The notes under the pieces were generated by a model, which ran no database searches, was not told the origin of the DNA, and saw only the letters and a list, made by a program, of their open reading frames with translations. Shown here piece after piece: positions 1 to 9,549 of a DNA stretch of 55,213 nucleotides; position 1 is the first letter of the stretch; every line of letters begins with the position of its first letter. Position numbers and translations under genes: made by a program. The stretch is from the IMG/VR virus record IMGVR_UViG_2698536646_000013. One strand, written 5' to 3'. This DNA is from a virus. Taxonomy: Duplodnaviria > Heunggongvirae > Uroviricota > Caudoviricetes.

Positions 1-7
1 AAGAAAT

Positions 8-40
8 AGGGCTTCCACCTGGGAAGCCCTTTCTTTTTAT
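8..40 (-). terminator. Rho-independent terminator downstream of pspG
   Basis: Stem agggcttcc (8-16) / ggaagccct (22-30), loop acctg, flanked by an A-run on one side and ttctttttat on the other, so it could act in both directions. Lies just 3' of pspG on the minus strand. Confidence 0.6.
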
Positions 41-165
41 AGTTCGGCTGTATGTAGGGTACAGCACGATGAATCTGTTAGAGGCGCAATAGTGACAGAT
101 TTGATTATCAATTCCTATTTTGTTCTAAGGATAAAACCTTAGGTTGTGATCATCCGCACAATCCC

Positions 166-408
166 TTAGTAACGCCAGCGGTCATAACGCTGATATTTCG
201 GCACTTTTGGTGCTTTAATCGCCTTAATAACCCACACCACCGCAATCGCCAGTAGTAACCACGGCAGCAACTTAATCATCAATGCCAGCATACCGCCGAG
301 GAACATAATGGCCGTCGCCACAACCAGCGCGGCGATAATGCCCAGCAACGAAACGCCGGTGACCATCAGCATGACAAAAAAGCCAATCACAAAAAGTAGT
401 TCCAGCAT
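166..408 (-). CDS. pspG: Phage shock protein G (80 aa)
   Basis: C-terminal 80 aa of ORF 166..618 read MLELLFVIGFFVMLMVTGVSLLGIIAALVVATAIMF..., matching PspG as I recall it. ATG confirmed at 406-408 on the minus strand. Confidence 0.9.
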   Translation of the reverse strand: MLELLFVIGFFVMLMVTGVSLLGIIAALVVATAIMFLGGMLALMIKLLPWLLLAIAVVWVIKAIKAPKVPKYQRYDRWRY

Positions 409-443
409 GATGCTCTCCCAAATATGAAATCTCTTGCTGGCAT

Positions 444-459
444 TACAAGAATCATGCCA
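444..459 (-). promoter_or_regulatory. Candidate sigma54 (-24/-12) promoter for pspG
   Basis: Minus-strand sequence TGGCATGATTCTTGTA resembles the TGGCAC-N5-TTGCA consensus. It sits about 40 nt upstream of the pspG start, and pspG is known to be PspF/sigma54-dependent. Confidence 0.4.
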
Positions 460-541
460 AAAATAATCTATTGATTTAACAGCAAAACGCCCCGCGACGG
501 TGCGCAGGGCGTGGTGAATTTGACTACTTTTTGGTGAAAAG

Positions 542-1579
542 TTAACGCTTATCCGCCACCAGTTTGAGCGCGTGTTCCAGCACATTAATGTCTGCACCCG
601 CTTTATGGGCATTTTCACTTAAATAACGCCGCCACTGCCGCGCGCCAGGAATACCCTGGAACAAGCCCAACATATGCCGGGTAATATGGCCGAGATACGT
701 CCCCTGGCTGAGTTCACGCTCAATGTACGGATACATGGCGCGCACTACCGCCACCGGATCGGCATCGGTATCCGAGGAACCAAAGATCTCCCGGTCTACC
801 GCCGCCAGAATACCCGGATTCTGATACGCCTCGCGCCCGACCATCACGCCATCCATATGTTGCAGGTGTGCTTTGGCCTCTTCCAGCGACTTGATACCAC
901 CGTTAATCGACATTGTCAGATGCGGAAAGTCACGCTTCAGTTGATACACACGCGGATAATCGAGTGGCGGGATTTCACGGTTTTCTTTCGGGCTTAACCC
1001 CGAAAGCCAGGCTTTACGTGCGTGGATGATAAACATCTCACACTCGCCTTTGCCGGAAACGGTGTTGATGAAATCGCAGAGAAATTCATAGCTGTCCTGG
1101 TCATCGATGCCAATACGCGTTTTCACCGTCACTGGAATCGACACCACATCGCGCATCGCTTTCACGCAGTCGGCAACCAGCTGCGCATTACCCATCAGAC
1201 ACGCACCAAACATGCCGTTCTGCACCCGGTCAGACGGGCAGCCGACATTCAGGTTGATCTCATCATATCCACGCGCTTCTGCCAGCTTCGCACACTGTGC
1301 CAGCGCCGCCGGATCGCTACCGCCGAGTTGCAACGCTACCGGATGTTCTTCTTCACTGTACGCCAGGTAATCACCTTTACCGTGAATAATCGCCCCTGTG
1401 GTCACCATTTCGGTATACAGCAACGTATTGCGGGAAAGCAGACGCAAGAAATAGCGGCAATGTCTGTCCGTCCAGTCGAGCATAGGAGCAATGCTAAACC
1501 GAGAACTCCAGTAAGCGCCAGTTTTTTCAGGCATCACGCTGGTTTGATTAGTTTTCTGTGTTTCAGGATTATCGTGCAT
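542..1579 (-). CDS. dusA: tRNA-dihydrouridine(20/20a) synthase DusA
   Basis: 345-aa ORF with the conserved Dus core ([24 protein letters not shown]). The first ~30 residues differ from the K-12 N-terminus I remember, consistent with a phage-supplied replacement 5' end. Confidence 0.93.
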   Translation of the reverse strand: MHDNPETQKTNQTSVMPEKTGAYWSSRFSIAPMLDWTDRHCRYFLRLLSRNTLLYTEMVTTGAIIHGKGDYLAYSEEEHPVALQLGGSDPAALAQCAKLAEARGYDEINLNVGCPSDRVQNGMFGACLMGNAQLVADCVKAMRDVVSIPVTVKTRIGIDDQDSYEFLCDFINTVSGKGECEMFIIHARKAWLSGLSPKENREIPPLDYPRVYQLKRDFPHLTMSINGGIKSLEEAKAHLQHMDGVMVGREAYQNPGILAAVDREIFGSSDTDADPVAVVRAMYPYIERELSQGTYLGHITRHMLGLFQGIPGARQWRRYLSENAHKAGADINVLEHALKLVADKR

Positions 1580-1612
1580 TTTTGAACATTTCAGGCTATT
1601 TTTCTCGCGTTA

Positions 1613-1647
1613 GGTTCCCGCACAGGTTCCCACGCTTTATGGGAACC
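1613..1647. repeat. Three copies of GGTTCCC (two direct, one inverted) in the dusA-int intergenic region
   Basis: aGGTTCCCgcacaGGTTCCCacgctttatGGGAACCcg. Candidate integrase or regulator binding sites, or a promoter element for the re-built dusA 5' end. Confidence 0.4.
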
Positions 1648-1667
1648 CGAAATAACGAGGTCGTGTA

Positions 1668-2765
1668 ATGGCGTACTATAACATAGAGAAACGACTAAAA
1701 TCCGATGGCACACCACGCTATCGCTGTAATGTGATTATCAAAGAAAAAGGTGTTATCACTTACAGGGAAAGCAAAACATTCCCTAAACATGCTCATGCCA
1801 AAACATGGGGCGCACAGAAAGTGATGGAATTAGATCTATATGGCATTCCATCATCAAATGCTGTTGACGGACTTACAGTCCGTGACTTACTACACAAATA
1901 TTTAAATGACCCAAATGCCGGAGGTAAAGCAGGCCGTACTAAAAGATATGTGCTGGAACTGCTTATGGATAGTGACATCTCCGCGATCAAACTATCTGAA
2001 CTGACAGAAAATGACGTAATTGAACATTGCAGGCTAAGAAACAACGCTGGTGCAGGCCCAGCAACAGTCAGCCACGATGTTAGTTATCTTGGCAGTGTTC
2101 TGGATGCGGCAAAACCTGTATACGGAATCAATTACACATCAAACCCGGCGAAAAGCGCTCGTCCATATCTACTTAAACTCGGTTTGATTGGTAAATCAAA
2201 CCGTCGTAATCGTAGACCAGCATCTGATGAACTGAACATGCTCATTGAAGGCCTTCAACAACGATCTACTCATAAATGCTCAAAAATTCCGTTCGTTGAT
2301 ATCCTCAAATTTTCTGTGTGGTCCTGTATGCGAATCGGAGAAGTATGCCGGTTACGATGGGAAGATCTCGACCAGGAACAAAAATCTATACTAGTAAGAG
2401 ACAGGAAAGATCCACGTAAAAAGGAAGGCAACCATATGAAAGTTGCCTTGCTTGGGGAAGCCTGGGATATCGTCCAGCGACAACCCAAAAAATCAGAATT
2501 CATTTTTCCATATAACAGCACTTCTGTTACCGCAGGATTTCAGAGGGTAAGAAGCAAATTAGGTATTAAAGATCTGAGATACCATGATTTGCGTAGAGAA
2601 GGGGCAAGTCGCTTATTTGAGGCTGGTTTTAGTATTGAGGAAGTCGCTCAGGTTACAGGGCATCGTTCATTAAACGTGCTATGGCAGGTATATACCGAAC
2701 TGTATCCGAAATCTTTACATAATCGTTTTGAAGAACTCCAAAGGAGCAGAAATAAGACCTCTTGA
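1668..2765 (+). CDS. Tyrosine recombinase / phage integrase, dusA-associated type
   Basis: 365 aa, divergent from dusA. C-terminal catalytic region has RIGEVCRLRWEDL and HDLRREGASRLF...VTGHRSLNVLWQVY (R..HxxR..H..Y). RBS aacgagg precedes the ATG. Confidence 0.9.
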   Translation: MAYYNIEKRLKSDGTPRYRCNVIIKEKGVITYRESKTFPKHAHAKTWGAQKVMELDLYGIPSSNAVDGLTVRDLLHKYLNDPNAGGKAGRTKRYVLELLMDSDISAIKLSELTENDVIEHCRLRNNAGAGPATVSHDVSYLGSVLDAAKPVYGINYTSNPAKSARPYLLKLGLIGKSNRRNRRPASDELNMLIEGLQQRSTHKCSKIPFVDILKFSVWSCMRIGEVCRLRWEDLDQEQKSILVRDRKDPRKKEGNHMKVALLGEAWDIVQRQPKKSEFIFPYNSTSVTAGFQRVRSKLGIKDLRYHDLRREGASRLFEAGFSIEEVAQVTGHRSLNVLWQVYTELYPKSLHNRFEELQRSRNKTS

Positions 2766-2825
2766 CACTGTTTATCCATACAGTTAAAAATAATACTGTA
2801 TACAAATACAGTGTAGGGGACTTTT

Positions 2826-3074
2826 ATGCGTATTGAAATCTGCATAGCCAAAGAAAAAATGACTAAAATGCCAACCGGTGCTGTGGATGCGTTAAAGGAA
2901 GAATTAACCCGACGCATCAGTAAACGTTATGACGATGTAGAAGTGATCGTAAAAGCCACCAGCAACGATGGCCTTTCTGTTACGCGCACCGCTGATAAAG
3001 ATTCAGCTAAAACTTTTGTTCAGGAGACTCTGAAAGATACCTGGGAGTCTGCTGACGAGTGGTTTGTTCATTAA
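2826..3074 (+). CDS. DinI-family protein
   Basis: 82 aa, MRIEICIAK...[11 protein letters not shown], matches the DinI pattern (MRIEVTIAK...ETWESADDWFV). Confidence 0.85.
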   Translation: MRIEICIAKEKMTKMPTGAVDALKEELTRRISKRYDDVEVIVKATSNDGLSVTRTADKDSAKTFVQETLKDTWESADEWFVH

Positions 3075-3105
3075 GTTCATCATCTCTGGACACCATTCAC
3101 TTGTA

Positions 3106-3135
3106 TTGACTTTAAGATCATTAAATTGTAATAAT
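3106..3135 (+). promoter_or_regulatory. Sigma70-like promoter driving the RT-module leader
   Basis: -35 TTGACT at 3106-3111, 18-bp spacer, extended -10 TGtAATAAT at 3127-3135. Predicted start near 3142, at the first inverted repeat. Confidence 0.4.
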
Positions 3136-3140
3136 TCAAA

Positions 3141-3277
3141 GGGATGGGGCAGGTTTTTCCTCTTGCGCATGCAAGGGCGGCTCTGATAATGAACAGTAAT
3201 ATTTTACTGTTGAGCTTATGCTCACTGATCCTGCCGGGCAGGATGTTCAACGGTTCCAATATATCCTGCCCCTTCCG
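3141..3277 (+). ncRNA. Candidate structured non-coding RNA (retron msr-msd-like leader)
   Basis: Inverted repeat gggatggggcagg (3141-3153) / cctgccccttcc (3265-3276) brackets three hairpins at 3162-3175, 3192-3211 and 3228-3244. Ends 20 nt before the next start codon. No ORF. Confidence 0.35.
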
Positions 3278-3296
3278 CTTTTAAAAAGGATCTTTT

Positions 3297-3848
3297 ATGC
3301 ATGACAATATTTGGTTTACATATAAAGCACGTATCCAAGCGCACCATCGACTAGAATGGCTTGAAAAACACTCTCAATTTATCCTCGTTTGGTATGCTAT
3401 ATTGAGTGCGGTACTTTCAATTGTAACGTTGCGATTTCCAAAGGTTCTAGGAGATAATACAGATGTCGTTGCGGCGATACTTTCAGTGGCTCTACTGGGT
3501 ATTTCTCTGATCGTATCTAACCTAGATTTTCGTGGTCGAGCAATAGCCATGAGAAGGAATTATATTGCACTACAGCGACTCTATTTTGACATTACCACCA
3601 GTCAACAGTTATCTCTTGAACAGAAAGAAAAATATTTTAATTTGCTCAATGAGGTTGAGAATCACCGTGACATAGATGATAAAATTTCAAGGGTAACTCA
3701 AGTTGGACTTAAGACGAGGATCCCCACACAAAAAGAAAAAATAATTGTTATTTTATGGATATTACTTCGAATATTTATTACTGCCGCACTTTATATACTC
3801 CCATTAATATATCTTTGGATTGACTATGACTGCAAGCAGAATTTTTAA
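3297..3848 (+). CDS. Membrane protein with three hydrophobic segments (candidate effector of the RT module)
   Basis: 183 aa. Hydrophobic helices FILVWYAILSAVLSIVTL, VVAAILSVALLGISLIVSNL and IIVILWILLRIFITAALYILPLIYLWI. AT-rich codons, overlaps the RT ORF by 29 nt, RBS aaagga. Confidence 0.75.
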   Translation: MHDNIWFTYKARIQAHHRLEWLEKHSQFILVWYAILSAVLSIVTLRFPKVLGDNTDVVAAILSVALLGISLIVSNLDFRGRAIAMRRNYIALQRLYFDITTSQQLSLEQKEKYFNLLNEVENHRDIDDKISRVTQVGLKTRIPTQKEKIIVILWILLRIFITAALYILPLIYLWIDYDCKQNF

Positions 3849-5196
3849 AAAGTCATTCTCGAAAAAAAATCTTCTAAAAGTATACTCTGAAAAAATCAAA
3901 GAATCAGGAGCGATTGGCATAGATCGGATTCGCCCATCAAAACTTGATTTGACAATAAAAAATGAGATCACTTTCATTTTTGAAAAGGTTAATTCTGGCA
4001 ATTACAAATTTACAGCATATAAAGAAAAATTAATATCTAAAGGCGCTAACTCTACACCCAGACAGATTTCCATACCAACTGCTAGGGACAGAATTACTCT
4101 TAGAGCTCTCTGTGAATGCCTTACGGAAATATATCCTAAGTCCAGATTAAAACTACCACATACAGTAATTGACTCATTGAAAGAAGCATTAAACAACAGT
4201 CTATATGCTGAATATGCAAAAATAGATCTTAAAAGTTTCTATCCTTCAATTGAACATAAATTGATAATTAATGCAATAAAAAATAAAATTAGAAAAAAAG
4301 AAATTAGACAGTTAATAACATCATCATTAATCGTGCCTACTGTAAGTGGAACCACAGGAAGCAAAGGTATCCCTAATAATACCAGAGGAGTACCTCAGGG
4401 ATTAGCGATATCAAACATTTTAGCTGAAATATCACTATCTAATTTCGATGATGAAATCAATAAAATGCATGACATATGGTACATGCGATACGTTGATGAC
4501 ATTCTTATTTTAACACCAAAATATCAAGCAACAAAAATAGCTTCTCATATCATTGATAAGCTTCAATCATTAAATTTAAACCCACATCCATTAAATGAAG
4601 AGAACTCAAAATCCAAAGTAGGCAGCTTGGATGAAAGTTTCAACTTTTTGGGCTACCACATAAAAAATCGAGAATTATTGATAAAACATGAGAGCATTCT
4701 TAGATTTGAGTCATCCTTAGCAAAAATTTTTACTGCATATAGACACGCTCTACTACAAGCTAAAAATAAGCGCGATAAAGAACGAGCTGTTGCATATTGT
4801 CAGTGGAAACTAAATCTTAGAATTACGGGATGTGTGTTTGAAGGTAAACGATTGGGATGGGTATCGTACTTCTCACAAATAACGTCAACAGCTCAACTTC
4901 GAGCTGTTAATCATACGATCAATAATCTTATCCGCCGATTCGGCCTTTCATCAGAAATAAAACCAAAGTCTTTGATTAAAACTTTCTATGAACTCCGCAG
5001 GGGTAGAGCGGAGACTTTTAAATACATACCTAACTTTGACAATCTACATATATCTCAGAAACGAGAAATTGTTTCTATGTGGATAGGGAAAGAGAATGAA
5101 AAAAAACTTAGCAATAGTGAAATAGAGAGAAAATTTAAATTTAAAATTGCGAAATCAGTAAAAGAGCTTGAAGAGGACATTTCAGGGATATCATAG
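3820..5196 (+). CDS. Reverse transcriptase (retron-type or defence-associated RT)
   Basis: 458 aa with RT motifs PRQISIPTARDRITLRAL, KIDLKSFYPSI, GVPQGLAISNIL, YMRYVDDILIL and FNFLGYHI, plus an ITG motif in the C-terminal thumb-like region. Very AT-rich. Confidence 0.9.
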   Translation: MTMTASRIFKKSFSKKNLLKVYSEKIKESGAIGIDRIRPSKLDLTIKNEITFIFEKVNSGNYKFTAYKEKLISKGANSTPRQISIPTARDRITLRALCECLTEIYPKSRLKLPHTVIDSLKEALNNSLYAEYAKIDLKSFYPSIEHKLIINAIKNKIRKKEIRQLITSSLIVPTVSGTTGSKGIPNNTRGVPQGLAISNILAEISLSNFDDEINKMHDIWYMRYVDDILILTPKYQATKIASHIIDKLQSLNLNPHPLNEENSKSKVGSLDESFNFLGYHIKNRELLIKHESILRFESSLAKIFTAYRHALLQAKNKRDKERAVAYCQWKLNLRITGCVFEGKRLGWVSYFSQITSTAQLRAVNHTINNLIRRFGLSSEIKPKSLIKTFYELRRGRAETFKYIPNFDNLHISQKREIVSMWIGKENEKKLSNSEIERKFKFKIAKSVKELEEDISGIS

Positions 5197-5260
5197 ATAT
5201 GTAATCCATTAAATCCTTTATATATAAAGCAATAAACACACTATTTAAATTCACAAATCA

Positions 5261-5294
5261 GCCGCAGTATCCTGCCATGACAAGTTGCTGCGGC
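5261..5294. other. Hairpin between the convergent RT and tfa genes
   Basis: gccgcag...ctgcggc 7-bp inverted repeat with a 20-nt loop, T-rich on the minus-strand side. Possible terminator for the late operon. Confidence 0.3.
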
Positions 5295-5308
5295 ATATCA
5301 CAAAACGA

Positions 5309-5998
5309 TTACTCCATAACAGGGACCGCAGGCCACTCAATATCAGGTGCAGTTGATGTATCAACACGGTTCAGCAACACCCGATACTTCTTCCAGGCTT
5401 CCAGCAACGAGTTTTCTTCCTCCGNNNNNNNNNNNNNNNNNNNNNNNNNNNNNNNNNNNNNNNNNNNNNNNNNNNNNNNNNNNNNNNNNNNNNNNNNNNN
5501 NNNNNNNNNNNNNNNNNNNNNNNNNNNNNNNNNNNNNNNNNNNNNNNNNNNNNNNNNNNNNNNNNNNNNNNNNNNNNNNNNNNNNNNNNNNNNNNNNNNN
5601 NNNNNNNNNNNNNNNNNNNNNNNNNNNNNNNNNNNNNNNNNNNNNNNNNNNNNNNNNNNNNNNNNNNNNNNNNNNNNNNNNNNNNNNNNNNNNNNNNNNN
5701 NNNNNNNNNNNNNNNNNNNNNNNNNNNNNNNNNNNNNNNNNNNNNNNNNNNNNNNNNNNNNNNNNNNNNNNNNNNNNNNNNNNNNNNNNNNNNNNNNNNN
5801 NNNNNNNNNNNNNNNNNNNNNNNNNNNAACAGCCACAAAGCCAGCCGGAATATCTGGCGGTGCAATATAGGTACTGTTTGCTGGCAGACCTGTATGAGGC
5901 GGAATATATGCGTCACCTTCACCAATAAATTCATTAGTTCCGGTCAGCAGATTATAAATTTTTATGGTCCGTGGTTGTTCACTCATTCTGAATGCCAT
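5309..5998 (-). CDS. tfa: Tail fibre assembly protein (Tfa), interrupted by N-run
   Basis: N-terminus [18 protein letters not shown]...[10 protein letters not shown] and C-terminus [30 protein letters not shown] resemble lambda/Rac Tfa. Start overlaps the stf stop (TAATG). Confidence 0.8.
   Translation of the reverse strand: MAFRMSEQPRTIKIYNLLTGTNEFIGEGDAYIPPHTGLPANSTYIAPPDIPAGFVAVXXXXXXXXXXXXXXXXXXXXXXXXXXXXXXXXXXXXXXXXXXXXXXXXXXXXXXXXXXXXXXXXXXXXXXXXXXXXXXXXXXXXXXXXXXXXXXXXXXXXXXXXXXXXXXXXXXXXXXXXXXXXXXXXXXXXXXXEEENSLLEAWKKYRVLLNRVDTSTAPDIEWPAVPVME
5425..5827. other. N-run (assembly gap or masked sequence) inside tfa
   Basis: 403 consecutive N. Confidence 0.95.
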
Positions 5999-8900
5999 TA
6001 TGCAAGCCTCACAATATAGTTAAATGCGATGTTTTTGACGGTGTTTTNNNNNNNNNNNNNNNNNNNNNNNNNNNNNNNNNNNNNNNNNNNNNNNNNNNNN
6101 NNNNNNNNNNNNNNNNNNNNNNNNNNNNNNNNNNNNNNNNNNNNNNNNNNNNNNNNNNNNNNNNNNNNNNNNNNNNNNNNNNNNNNNNNNNNNNNNNNNN
6201 NNNNNNNNNNNNNNNNNNNNNNNNNNNNNNNNNNNNNNNNNNNNNNNNNNNNNNNNNNNNNNNNNNNNNNNNNNNNNNNNNNNNNNNNNNNNNNNNNNNN
6301 NNNNNNNNNNNNNNNNNNNNNNNNNNNNNNNNNNNNNNNNNNNNNNNNNNNNNNNNNNNNNNNNNNNNNNNNNNNNNNNNNNNAAAAACACTGGGGTTAA
6401 ATCGACGGCCATCTCTATGGCTGTGATTACCAGCTGCATTCGTGCTGCCACTTAAACTATGGGTATGCGCACCAGTGTTATTCGTGGATTTAGTGCCGTA
6501 ATCAAACGACGATGTGGTTTTCGTCCCCAAATCCGTACTGGATGCGCTGGCGCTGTGGGTATGCGATTTAATGCCGTCCTGTTCCTGAGACAATACGGCC
6601 CGACCACTGGCAGGTTTGCCCTTAATCGTCCAGCCACGCATATCAGGGATCACACCTGACGGATAAACGGCTGCAAGTTTCGGGTAAGCAGATTTGTCAA
6701 AAGTCTGTCCCTGCATCAGGGCATAACCAGACGGAACGGTATCTGATGGCCACGGGATTGGTGCACCGACTGGGTAGCTTTCTGGTGGAAGATTTTTCGA
6801 GGTATAAACTTCTGCCCAGTCTTCCTCAAAACCATAACCGTCTCTTGAAGAACGGTAGAACAGACCACCATTTCTGTAATGCGCCTTCATCTGCAAGGTC
6901 CGGCAACTTCCGACTCCGGTATAGAAGTTAACCAGAATATAGCTGTTGCCAGAGCGGGTGACATTGTAAGCGCCTGATTCGGCATTCCATGGAACGCCAC
7001 CATCCGCATCGGCATATGTATCCGTTGCCCTTCTGGCAAAAGCAGCCACATGCGCGGCGGTTAAAGTAATATCTTTGGAACCATCAAACTCAACACCAGA
7101 AACCAGTCTTGGCGTTTGCAGCTTTGTTGCTGTCAATGCGTTACCGTTCAGACTTGCAGACAGTTTGGTTCCAATAACCAGTTCGCCGGTTGCGTTATCA
7201 ATAACAAACGGTCTTAATGTATTCCAGCCACCATAAACATCACCTTGATTGGTAAGCAGCAGGTAAGTTTTAGCGCCATCATTACGCCATAATGCACCAT
7301 ACTCCCCACCTATCATTCGAATCTGATTACCACCACGCGCTACAATTTCGTCTGTGGCAAAAAGTTTTTTGCACGACAAGTTATCGTTAACGATTAACGA
7401 ATGAGACTCATAAAAACCACGCCCACTCTTAAAATCAAGGATAACGTCCGCCGCGATACATTCAGTCGCCGGATTTGTTGCCCCAAACTTATAGGTCGTA
7501 TCATTAACAACGAGATCAGCACCAGGTGCGGATATTGACAGGCCATCTTCGAGAAACGCAAAAACAGGGAAAGCAGCGCCATCAACATAGAACACAGAGC
7601 GCAAATCATCGCCCTTATTACTCATCATTATTGAGTGGATGGCTCGTTCATTGTTTTGATATTGCCAGAACATTCCATAAGCATAACGCCCCCTGTCAGT
7701 CCAGCCACCAGGCATAACAAATCCGTTAAACTCGCAGTTATTCATCGGATCGCCTGCGATTCGCGTTGCCGTGGTGATAATGACCCTTGATGCCAGTTCG
7801 CTTACTGAGCCAGCAGAACGCATAACAACAACAGGGTAATATTTTCCAGATGTTGCACCTGCAGGAGCGTTAACCCGCACATAACGCATACCACGCTTAT
7901 CAGCAAAGTCTGTTTTACTGACCGCGTTAATGTTGTTCAGGAAGCGTCCCTTATCGGGTATATCAGCGCCGTTCTGGTCTTTCTGCAGACGTTTCTCAGC
8001 ATTGTCATTGGCTGCTTTTACTGCCTTTGGCGTTGCCGCCAGCGTTTCAGACGTGCTATTAGTCGCACTACTGAGCTGTACTATCCCCTTTTTCGTCGTG
8101 CTCGCATCCTCAAGCGCCACGGCGGATGCAATATCCTCTGCACGTTTTGCCGCTGTCTCGGCGCGCGTTGCCGCGGATTCCGCCGTACTTTTGCTCTGTG
8201 CTGCCGCCGTCGCACTGCCAGCAGCCTCTGTCGCCTTCGTGGATGCTGTCGTGGCGCTGCCCTTCGCTGCGGACGCTTGTCTGGTCGCCTCATCTTTTGA
8301 AGCAGACGCCGATGATGCCGATGACGCCGCCGAACTGGCGGACGATGCGGCAGCCGTTTTTGAGGATTCTGCGCTGGTCTCCGACGCTTTCGCGTTCGTC
8401 TCCGATGTCTTCGCTGCGGAAGCAGACCTCGCTGCTGCACTGGCCTGTTCAGTGGCTTCGCCAGCCTTCGTTGTGGCTGTTGAAGCGGACGATGCGGCGC
8501 TTTCTGCCGATTTTCCGGCGGCGCTAGCACTGGCTGAGGCCTGCCCGGCACTTGTTGACGCTGCACTGGCAGACGACGCAGCCGCTGTTTTTGAGCCTGC
8601 TGCTGCGGAGGCACTCTGTGCTGCTGCCGTTTCAGAGGACTTAGCGTTTGTCTCAGACGTCTTTGCCGCCTTCGCGGAATTTCCTGCCGCCGTTGCCGAG
8701 GAAGCGGCATTACTGGCGCTCGAAGCTGCGCTCGTTTCTGATAATTTTGCCGCCTCTTTTGAAGCCGACGCATCTCTGGCTGAGGTGGCTGCTTCTGACG
8801 CTTTCGTGGTCGCGGTGGATGCAGAAGTGGCAGCTGATTGTTGTGACGCTGCCGCATTCGTTTCTGACGTTTTCGCCGCACCGGCACTGGTGGCCGCCGC

Positions 8901-9485
8901 GCTTTTTGAGGACTCTGCAGCGGCAGCACTTTTTGATGCTTCAGTGGCCTTTGCTGATGCCGTTCCTGCGCTGGAAGACGCAGACTGAGCCGACGAAGCG
9001 GCCTGTCCGGCTGACGTGCTGGCTGCTCGTGCTGAGCCTGCAGCATCAGTCGCACGGGTTGCCGCCTCACGGGCTGATGTGCTGGCATCGCTGGCTGATT
9101 TCTTCGCGGCTGCCGTGTTCTGTGCCACCGCGGACGCGTTACGCGCCACCTCTTCCACCATCAGCTCAAAACGGCGCAGTGCCTCCGGACGGGCATCATC
9201 CTCCGTCATGGCACCGAGAAAATCATTCAGCGTACCGGGTCGGGAATCTTCATACACGGTGATGGTCCCGGCATGTGACGGCGGGAATCCTTCCACCAAC
9301 AGAATAACGCTGTACTGACCGTACTCAACGTCCATGCTGTAACGCCCGGCTTCATCCGGATTTTCTGAGGCCAGCGTGTTCACCACCACCGTGGTGCTGT
9401 TACGTTTTGCTTTCAGCTGGATTGTGCAGTTCTGTACCGGTTTTCCTGTGCCGTCTTTCAGTACACCTGAAATCTTTACTGCCAT
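5998..9485 (-). CDS. stf: Side tail fibre protein (Stf), interrupted by N-run near the C-terminus
   Basis: [26 protein letters not shown]... followed by long Ala/Ser-rich repeats and GAPIPWPSD...[17 protein letters not shown]. The true C-terminus ...[12 protein letters not shown] is read in the frame ending at 5998-6000. The ORF-table end at 6009 is a frame artefact of the gap. Confidence 0.85.
6048..6383. other. N-run inside stf
   Basis: 336 consecutive N. Confidence 0.95.
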
Positions 9486-9494
9486 ATTCACCCC

Positions 9495-9523
9495 ACAAAA
9501 AAGCCCGCCTGAACCGGCGGGCT
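9495..9523 (-). terminator. Rho-independent terminator between lom and stf
   Basis: Stem agcccgcc / ggcgggct, loop tgaacc, followed on the minus strand by TTTTTT. Confidence 0.5.
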
Positions 9524-9549
9524 GTCATAACACTGTGTTACCTGGCTAA

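Noticed and set aside
674-1585. Plus-strand ORFs (107, 187 and 87 aa) antisense to dusA
   Set aside because: They lie entirely inside the well-supported dusA CDS on the opposite strand, have Arg/His-rich odd composition and no RBS. Antisense frame artefacts.
3820-5196. Interpreting the RT as a group II intron or DGR reverse transcriptase
   Set aside because: No intron RNA domain V or VI-like structure or maturase/endonuclease extension was seen, and no template/variable repeat pair nearby. The upstream inverted-repeat leader and membrane-protein partner favour a retron or defence-type RT. Not excluded without a profile search.
7930-9318. Large ORFs on both strands inside stf (352-aa Ala-rich on plus, 335-aa Arg/Gln/Pro-rich on minus, others)
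   Set aside because: Alternative frames of the GC-rich Ala/Ser repeat region of the side tail fibre gene. Low-complexity translations typical of repeat DNA, not genes.
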